Shown here in pieces: positions 1 through 4,141 of a stretch of 5,488 nt of DNA (its first letter is position 1; each line of letters starts with the position of its first letter). The DNA comes from an uncultured Clostridia bacterium (GTDB taxonomy: Bacteria > Bacillota > Clostridia > Oscillospirales > Oscillospiraceae), in NCBI GenBank assembly GCA_947307365.1, contig CAMZIY010000120.1, forward strand, positions 1 through 5,488, in the 5' to 3' direction. The position numbers were made by a program, and so were the translations under genes. Below the pieces are notes generated by a model, which saw only the letters and a list, made by a program, of their open reading frames with translations, did no database searches and had not been told where the DNA came from.

Positions 1-611
1 GGGATATAATAGGTGAAGCCCTTGTCGATCATAAAATCCCGGGCGTAGGAAAGCACGGCGCTGTGGAGCCGGGCGATATCTCCCTTCAGATAATAGAAGC
101 CGTTCCCCGCCACCCGGCGGGCGGCGTCCAGATCGATGCCGTCCAGGGATTCCATGATCTCCGTATGATAGGGCACGGGGAAATCCGGCACCAGGGGCTC
201 CCCGAAGCGCTGCACCTCCACGTTGTGGCTGTCGTCCGGGCCGATGGGCACGCTGGGATCGATCATCTGGGGGATCGACATCATCCGCTTGGTGAGCTCC
301 TCCTCCAGTCCCGGCTCCTTCCCTTCCAGCTCCGCCAGCCGGGCTGCCTGCTCCGCCACCTGGGCCTTCACTGCCTCCGCCTCCTGAGCCTTGGCGGGAT
401 CCTTCTTCGCCTGGCCCATGAGGACGCCGATTTGCTTGGACAGGCTGTTTCGCCTGGCCCGGAGGCTGTCCGCCTCCGTTTTTACCGCCCGGAGCTCCGC
501 ATCCAGGGCCAGCACCTCGTCCACCAGGGGCAGCTTCTGCTCCTGAAACTTTTTGCGGATATTCTCCCGGACCTCATCGGGATGCTCCCGCACGAATCTG
601 ATATCCAGCAT
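1..611 (-). CDS. serS: Seryl-tRNA synthetase, N-terminal part (3' end runs off the window at position 1)
   Basis: My hand translation of the minus strand from the ATG at 611..609 gives MLDIRFVREHPDEVRENIRKKFQEQKLPLVDEVLALDAELRAVKTEADSLRARRNSLSKQIG...IPQMIDPSVPIGPDDSHNVEVQRFGEP...GNGFYYLKGDIARLHSAVLSYARDFMIDKGFTYYIP. This has the coiled-coil tRNA-binding arm followed by the start of the class II catalytic core that is typical of SerS. The frame stays open to the window edge, which is why it is missing from the ORF track (no stop codon). A GGAGAG Shine-Dalgarno at 624..619 lies 7 nt upstream of the ATG. Confidence 0.85.
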   Translation of the reverse strand, partial: MLDIRFVREHPDEVRENIRKKFQEQKLPLVDEVLALDAELRAVKTEADSLRARRNSLSKQIGVLMGQAKKDPAKAQEAEAVKAQVAEQAARLAELEGKEPGLEEELTKRMMSIPQMIDPSVPIGPDDSHNVEVQRFGEPLVPDFPVPYHTEIMESLDGIDLDAARRVAGNGFYYLKGDIARLHSAVLSYARDFMIDKGFTYYI

Positions 612-624
612 TTACGAACTCTCC

Positions 625-1479
625 TCAATCCGGCAGAGAGGCGTTCATGGCCGCCAGCAGACGGTCCAGGTCCTCGTTGCCGTAATATTCGATCTCCAGT
701 TTTCCCCGGCGCTTCCCTTCCGTGATGCGCACCTTCCGGTTCCAGTGGCTGCCCAGCCGCTCCTCCAGATCGCGCACGTAGATGCTGCGGGGGGATTCTT
801 TCTTTTTCTTCGGGGCCGCCTTCCTGCGTTTGATCAGCTCTTCCGTCTGACGAACGCTCAGCTCCTCCTTCACCACCAGCTCCGCCGCCCGGCAGATGGA
901 CTCCTCATCCCCCAGGGCCAGCAGCGCCCGGGCGTGGCCGGAGGTCAGACTGCCCTCCTCCAGCATGGCCAGCACCGGCTCCGGCAAACTCAGCAGCCGC
1001 AGGGCGTTGGCCACGGCAGGCCGGGAAAAGCCCACCTGTTCCGCCGCGGCCTCCTGGGTCAGGCCGAAATCCCTCATCAGGCTGTTCAGGCCCTTGGCCT
1101 GCTCCACGGGGTTCAAGGCCTGCCGCTGGAGGTTTTCCACCAGGGCCAGCACCTTGGCCGACCGGTCGTCCGCCTCCATCACCCGGGCGGGGATGGTGTC
1201 CAGTCCCGCTTCCCGGGCGGCCCGCCAACGGCGTTCTCCGGCGATGATCTGGTAATATCCGCCGCCCAGGGCCCGGACTGCGATGGGCTGCAGCACGCCG
1301 TGCTGCCGGATGGAATCCGTCAGCTCTTCCAGGGCTTCGGGATCGAAACGTTCCCTGGGCTGATCCGCAGCCGGTTCCACTTTGCTGATGGGCAGATTCA
1401 GCAGGCCCGCGTCCTCTTTCAGCTCCGCGCCGCTGCCGAACAGGGCGTCCAGGCCGCTGCCCAGTCCTTTCTTTGCCAT
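625..1479 (-). CDS. parB: Chromosome partitioning protein ParB/Spo0J (parS-binding CTPase)
   Basis: This is the ORF-track entry 625..1512. It has the N-terminal ParA-interaction peptide KKGLGSGLDALF, the ParB box II / CTP-binding motif IIAGERRWRAAREAG, and a central HTH region (GLTQEAAAEQVGFSRPAVANALRLL). I place the start at the ATG at 1479 (MAKKGLGSG...). A GGGAGGAGG Shine-Dalgarno at 1493..1485 lies 5 nt upstream of it. The longer start at 1512 would overlap soj and has no SD. Confidence 0.93.
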   Translation of the reverse strand: MAKKGLGSGLDALFGSGAELKEDAGLLNLPISKVEPAADQPRERFDPEALEELTDSIRQHGVLQPIAVRALGGGYYQIIAGERRWRAAREAGLDTIPARVMEADDRSAKVLALVENLQRQALNPVEQAKGLNSLMRDFGLTQEAAAEQVGFSRPAVANALRLLSLPEPVLAMLEEGSLTSGHARALLALGDEESICRAAELVVKEELSVRQTEELIKRRKAAPKKKKESPRSIYVRDLEERLGSHWNRKVRITEGKRRGKLEIEYYGNEDLDRLLAAMNASLPD

Positions 1480-1480
1480 A

Positions 1481-2251
1481 TCAGCCTCCTCCCTTCGAAT
1501 TCCGCGCGACAAACTCCCTGGCCAGTTCCCGATAGGCTTCCGCGCCCCGGGAGCTCCTGTCGTAACGGAGAACGGGCATCCCGTGGCTTGGGGCCTCGCT
1601 GAGCCGCACGTTCCGGGGGATCGCCGTCTTGTAAACCGATTGTTTCATGTGCTTTTTGACGGCGTTCGCCACCTGCAGGCTGAGATTCGTTCTGCCGTCG
1701 AACATGGTGAGGACGACGCCCTCCAGCTCAAGGGTCGGATTCAGGGTGCGCCGCACCATTTTTATGGTCCCCATGAGCTCGCTGAGCCCCTCCAGCGCCA
1801 GGTATTCGCACTGCACCGGAACCAGGATGGAATCCGCGGCGCACAGGGCGTTCAGGGTGAGCAGCTCCAGCAGAGCCGGGCAATCCACGAAGATATAGTC
1901 GTAGGCGGACTTCACCGGCGCCAGAGCGTCCCGGAGCACGAATTCCCTGCGTTCCTTCTCTCCCAAAAGAAGACCGGAACCGAAAAGATCCTTGTTGCAG
2001 GGGATCACGTCGCCGTAAGACGTCTTGTGGATGGCTTTTTCCGCCGGAACGCCCTCCAGCAGCATCTGATAGGTGTTCGGCGCCGCGTTTGCCTTATTGA
2101 TGCCCATGCCGGAGGTACTGTGACCCTGAGGATCACAGTCCACGATCAGCACGCGCAGGCCCTGATCATGCAGGGCGCAGCACAGATTCACGCAGGTGGT
2201 GGTCTTACCCACCCCGCCTTTCTGGTTAAATAAAGCGATCGTTTTTCCCAT
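1481..2251 (-). CDS. soj: Chromosome partitioning ATPase Soj/ParA
   Basis: This is the ORF-track entry 1481..2272. It has the deviant Walker A NQKGGVGKTT, a ParA/MinD-type fold signature (VLIVDCDPQGHST, DYIFVDCPA), and a TGA stop at 1483..1481, 1 nt before the parB ATG. The start at 2251 (MGKTIALFNQKGGVGKTT) matches the usual Soj N-terminus. The upstream in-frame ATG at 2272 would add 7 residues. Neither start has a strong SD. Confidence 0.92.
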   Translation of the reverse strand: MGKTIALFNQKGGVGKTTTCVNLCCALHDQGLRVLIVDCDPQGHSTSGMGINKANAAPNTYQMLLEGVPAEKAIHKTSYGDVIPCNKDLFGSGLLLGEKERREFVLRDALAPVKSAYDYIFVDCPALLELLTLNALCAADSILVPVQCEYLALEGLSELMGTIKMVRRTLNPTLELEGVVLTMFDGRTNLSLQVANAVKKHMKQSVYKTAIPRNVRLSEAPSHGMPVLRYDRSSRGAEAYRELAREFVARNSKGGG

Positions 2252-2310
2252 AGTGAAATCAGTATATCCCATTGTTCTGCGGATTTCAACGGGCGCCGGA
2301 AAAAAACCAC

Positions 2311-2326
2311 TGTTTCACGTGAAACA
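2311..2326. promoter_or_regulatory. parS: parS site 1 (ParB/Spo0J loading site), TGTTTCACGTGAAACA
   Basis: A perfect 16-bp palindrome that fits the Bacillus-type parS consensus TGTTNCACGTGAAACA. It lies about 40-60 bp upstream of the soj start codon. Confidence 0.9.
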
Positions 2327-2355
2327 TTTTCACACCGCCGTTTTTCTTTCTGTCC

Positions 2356-2375
2356 ATTGTTTCACGTGAAACAAT
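2356..2375. promoter_or_regulatory. parS: parS site 2, core TGTTTCACGTGAAACA at 2358..2373, extended to a 20-bp perfect palindrome ATTGTTTCACGTGAAACAAT
   Basis: Its 16-bp core is identical to site 1, and the two centres are 47 bp apart. The flanking AT/AT bases extend the dyad symmetry to 20 bp. Confidence 0.9.
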
Positions 2376-2389
2376 CTCCGGTTTCCGCC

Positions 2390-2418
2390 TTGCAATTCCC
2401 CCCGCGCCTTGGTATACT
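2390..2418 (+). promoter_or_regulatory. Sigma-A-type promoter for the nitroreductase gene: -35 TTGCAA (2390..2395), 17-nt spacer, extended -10 TGgTATACT (2410..2418)
   Basis: Hexamers read directly from the sequence, with canonical 17-nt spacing and a TGn extension. It sits about 37 bp upstream of the ATG at 2455. An AAGGAGG SD at 2441..2447 lies 7 nt before the ATG. Confidence 0.6.
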
Positions 2419-2454
2419 GCGATCAGAACAACAGATCGTTAAGGAGGTATTTCC

Positions 2455-2985
2455 ATGAATCCCACCCAAAAGGACATTCTTGAACGGCGGAGCATCCGCA
2501 AATACAAGACCGACCCGGTTCCGGAGGAACTGGTGCAGGCGGTGGCGGATGCGGGTCTCTGGGCCCCCACGGCCCGGAACGAACAGGAGATCCGGATCGT
2601 CTGTCTCCGGGATCCCGCCCTGCGGCAGCAGCTGCGGGAGGACTTCACCGCCTCCGGCGGCCGCACCATCCGTCCTCTGCCCTTCGACTATGAAGCCCCC
2701 GTGTTCTTCTTCCTCTATGGCCCCAAGGATTTCCCCTATACGGAGATGGATTCCGGCATCGTGGCGGAGAACATGTGCCTGGCCGCCCAGTCCCTTGGCC
2801 TGGGCACGGTGATGATCGGCTGCATCCGGGACTTCATGCGTTCCCCCGCCGGCGCGCCCTGGCGGGAGAAGCTGGGGATCGGCGAAGGGGAGATCTTCAC
2901 CCTGGGCCTCTGTCTGGGCTGGCCGGACGGGGAAGCCAAAGCCCCCGCCAGGAAAGAGGGCAGATATACGGAGCTGAAGGGATAA
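2455..2985 (+). CDS. Nitroreductase-family (FMN-dependent) oxidoreductase, 176 aa
   Basis: The ORF-track protein begins MNPTQKDILERRSIRKYKTDPVPEELVQAVADAGLWAPTARNEQ. The RRSIRKY...P, then ApSaxN pattern is the characteristic N-terminal FMN-binding signature of the nitroreductase superfamily. It has a strong SD and promoter. The substrate cannot be inferred. Confidence 0.88.
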   Translation: MNPTQKDILERRSIRKYKTDPVPEELVQAVADAGLWAPTARNEQEIRIVCLRDPALRQQLREDFTASGGRTIRPLPFDYEAPVFFFLYGPKDFPYTEMDSGIVAENMCLAAQSLGLGTVMIGCIRDFMRSPAGAPWREKLGIGEGEIFTLGLCLGWPDGEAKAPARKEGRYTELKG

Positions 2986-3007
2986 TCATCAGAATACAAA
3001 TGGAAAA

Positions 3008-3035
3008 GGGCGGCCGGGGAAACTCCCGGCCGCCC
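3008..3035. terminator. Bidirectional intrinsic terminator hairpin between the convergent nitroreductase and XRE genes
   Basis: GGGCGGCCGGG (3008..3018) pairs perfectly with CCCGGCCGCCC (3025..3035), giving an 11-bp all-G/C stem with a 6-nt loop (gaaact). On the minus strand the hairpin is followed by TTTTCCATTTGTATT, a good U-tract. On the plus strand it is followed by TCAATATATT, a weaker tract. Confidence 0.75.
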
Positions 3036-3047
3036 TCAATATATTGC

Positions 3048-3428
3048 TTATTCTTCTGTATGTGTTTGATTTTTCAGCATTTCCTGGTATGCTTTTATCA
3101 TTTCCGTGCGCACGGTCACGTTGTAATCCGGCGGGATGTTCTCGTCCTTCCCCTGGACGAACTGCAGATACCTGGGGCCCAGGATGTTGTTGGCAAAGAT
3201 ATACTCCTTGCTGCGGCGGTTCACGGTGCAGATGAACATGATGGCGTTCAGGTGCAGCCAGGTCATCTGGACCTTGCCGCTTTCGATCTGGGAGATCGTT
3301 ACCCGGCTCAGCCCGGTAAGGTTGCCTAAATCCGCCTGGGTGAGGCTCAGCAGCTTGCGGATCTTGGGCAGATGCGTGGTCATCTCCTCACACATCGCCT
3401 TTTTTTCGGCAGCGGAAAGTTCGACCAT
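3048..3428 (-). CDS. XRE-family helix-turn-helix transcriptional regulator with an unassigned C-terminal region (126 aa from the ATG at 3428; up to 134 aa from 3452)
   Basis: This is the ORF-track entry 3048..3452. It has a Cro/C1-type HTH (LSLTQADLGNLTGLSRVTISQIESGK). I choose the start from the SD AAAGGAG at 3442..3436, which lies 7 nt before the ATG at 3428 but only 1 nt before the ATG at 3434. The ATG at 3452 is upstream of the SD. I do not recognise the C-terminal ~70 aa (MTWLHLNAIMFICTVNRRSKEYIFANNILGPRYLQFVQ...). Confidence 0.8.
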   Translation of the reverse strand: MVELSAAEKKAMCEEMTTHLPKIRKLLSLTQADLGNLTGLSRVTISQIESGKVQMTWLHLNAIMFICTVNRRSKEYIFANNILGPRYLQFVQGKDENIPPDYNVTVRTEMIKAYQEMLKNQTHTEE

Positions 3429-3529
3429 TTCCATTCTCCTTTCGCATTCCATACGCCTCAGCCCAGGTGGACATGGGTATATCTCCGGGAGTCCTCGTAT
3501 GTTAATCCTCTTGCGTTAATTCGTTAAAA

Positions 3530-3542
3530 CACGAAATTCGTG
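3530..3542. promoter_or_regulatory. 13-bp perfect palindrome CACGAA-A-TTCGTG, candidate operator just downstream of the predicted XRE-gene transcription start
   Basis: The dyad symmetry is read directly from the sequence. It lies about +5 to +17 relative to a TSS predicted about 7 nt downstream of the -10 at 3559..3554. This is a classical repressor position, but the functional assignment is an inference. Confidence 0.35.
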
Positions 3543-3553
3543 CTTGTTGGAGC

Positions 3554-3582
3554 ATTATATCAAGGGTCTCTCTATATTGCAA
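3554..3582 (-). promoter_or_regulatory. Sigma-A-type promoter for the XRE gene: -35 TTGCAA (3582..3577), 17-nt spacer, extended -10 TGaTATAAT (3562..3554)
   Basis: The reverse complement of 3554..3582 reads TTGCAATATAGAGAGACCCTTGATATAAT. That gives a consensus -10, a TGn extension, a 4/6 match at -35 and a 17-nt spacer. It implies a leader of about 120 nt before the start codon at 3428. Confidence 0.6.
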
Positions 3583-3585
3583 GCG

Positions 3586-3599
3586 ATTTTTCGAAAAAT
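3586..3599. repeat. 14-bp perfect palindrome ATTTTTCGAAAAAT immediately upstream of the XRE promoter -35
   Basis: Read directly from the sequence. It begins 3 bp upstream of the -35 hexamer. It could be a regulator site, or simply an AT-rich UP-element-like tract. Confidence 0.35.
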
Positions 3600-3687
3600 T
3601 ATGCATTATTTGCCATACAAATGTGAACTTTTTGCAAACTTATCGCTTGCGACCTATTTACTTCGGTTTCCCATCCCTTCCGCGGCC

Positions 3688-4140
3688 TCAGTCCTTATCC
3701 GGATCCAGAAATTTCCGGCTCTCCGCCACCGCCAGGGCGTCGCAGCGGGCGTTCATGGGGTCGTCTGCGTGGCCTTTCACCCAGCGGATCTCCGTCTGGT
3801 GCCGGTCCAGAAGCTCCAGCAGCTCCTGCCAGAGCTCCGGGTTTTTGGCGGGTTCCTTTTTCGTCCGCATCCAGCCCCGTTCCCGCCAGCCCCGGGCCCA
3901 GCCAAGGTTCACCGCGTCCACCAGATAGCGGGAATCGCTGTACAGGGTGACTGCGCAGGGCTCCCGGAGGGCCTTCAGGCCCCGGATGGCGGCGGTGAGC
4001 TCCATCCGGTTGTTGGTGGTCTCCGCTTCGCCGCCGGAGAGGATCCTTTCCCGGCTGCCGTAACGCAGGATCGCCGCCCAGCCCCCCGGGCCGGGATTGC
4101 CGCTGCAGGCGCCGTCCGTGTAGATCTCGACCGCCTTCAT
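3688..4140 (-). CDS. rnhA: Ribonuclease HI (RNase H type 1), 150 aa
   Basis: The ORF-track protein is [25 protein letters not shown]...[10 protein letters not shown]...LYSDSRY...[18 protein letters not shown]. The full DEDD(H) catalytic set is at D9, E47, D69, H124 and D134, almost the same numbering as E. coli RNase HI. The ATG at 4140 lies 1 nt after the gyrA stop. Confidence 0.93.
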   Translation of the reverse strand: MKAVEIYTDGACSGNPGPGGWAAILRYGSRERILSGGEAETTNNRMELTAAIRGLKALREPCAVTLYSDSRYLVDAVNLGWARGWRERGWMRTKKEPAKNPELWQELLELLDRHQTEIRWVKGHADDPMNARCDALAVAESRKFLDPDKD

Positions 4141-4141
4141 T

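Noticed and set aside
63-725. A 220-aa plus-strand ORF across the start of the window.
   Set aside because: It is antisense to the clearly recognisable serS N-terminus. The sequence is Leu/Arg/His/Gly-rich and motif-free, with no ribosome-binding site.
553-1602. A 349-aa plus-strand ORF, together with the nested ORFs 896..1255 (+) and 905..1228 (-), overlapping parB.
   Set aside because: The 349-aa ORF and 896..1255 are entirely antisense to the ParB gene, whose motifs are unambiguous. 905..1228 is on the same strand as parB but in a different reading frame. The translations are Arg/Gly/Pro/Leu/Gln-rich low-complexity strings with no SD. This is typical of shadow ORFs in DNA above 60% GC.
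2026-2034. DnaA-box-like 9-mers: TGTGGATGG at 2026..2034 inside soj, and TTATCCGGA at 3695..3703 inside rnhA.
   Set aside because: Each matches only 7/9 positions. They are isolated and lie inside coding sequence, with no cluster and no adjacent AT-rich unwinding element. There is no evidence for oriC in this window.
1382-2233. A 283-aa plus-strand ORF, and 1647..1898 (+), opposite soj.
   Set aside because: These are antisense shadows of the Soj/ParA gene. They have no SD or promoter and no recognisable domain.
1479-2272. Longer N-terminal extensions for parB (start at 1512) and soj (start at 2272) as given in the ORF track.
   Set aside because: The parB extension overlaps soj and bypasses a strong SD placed for the ATG at 1479. 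The soj extension adds 7 residues before the canonical MGK...KGGVGKTT N-terminus. The shorter starts are preferred, though 2272 cannot be excluded.
2439-3329. ORFs 2439..2669 (-), 2480..2812 (+), 2736..2999 (-) and 2775..3329 (+), overlapping the nitroreductase gene, the terminator and the XRE gene.
   Set aside because: All overlap better-supported genes in other frames or on the other strand. 2775..3329 would have to read through the strong terminator hairpin. No translation signals are present.
3388-3474. A 28-codon minus-strand upstream ORF (MSTWAEAYGMRKENGNGRTFRCRKKGDV) in the XRE leader. It has a GGAG 8 nt upstream of its ATG and overlaps the XRE start codon out of frame.
   Set aside because: A four-base SD and a short ORF are expected by chance. 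It shows no leader-peptide-like codon pattern and I have no conservation evidence. It is worth a glance in ribosome-profiling data but is not callable from sequence.
3526-3546. CACGAATTTCGTG followed by TTTT on the minus strand, considered as a possible attenuator or terminator in the XRE leader.
   Set aside because: As RNA, the perfect dyad leaves only a 1-nt loop, so the effective stem would be about 4 bp and AT-rich. That is too weak for an intrinsic terminator. A DNA operator role is more plausible.
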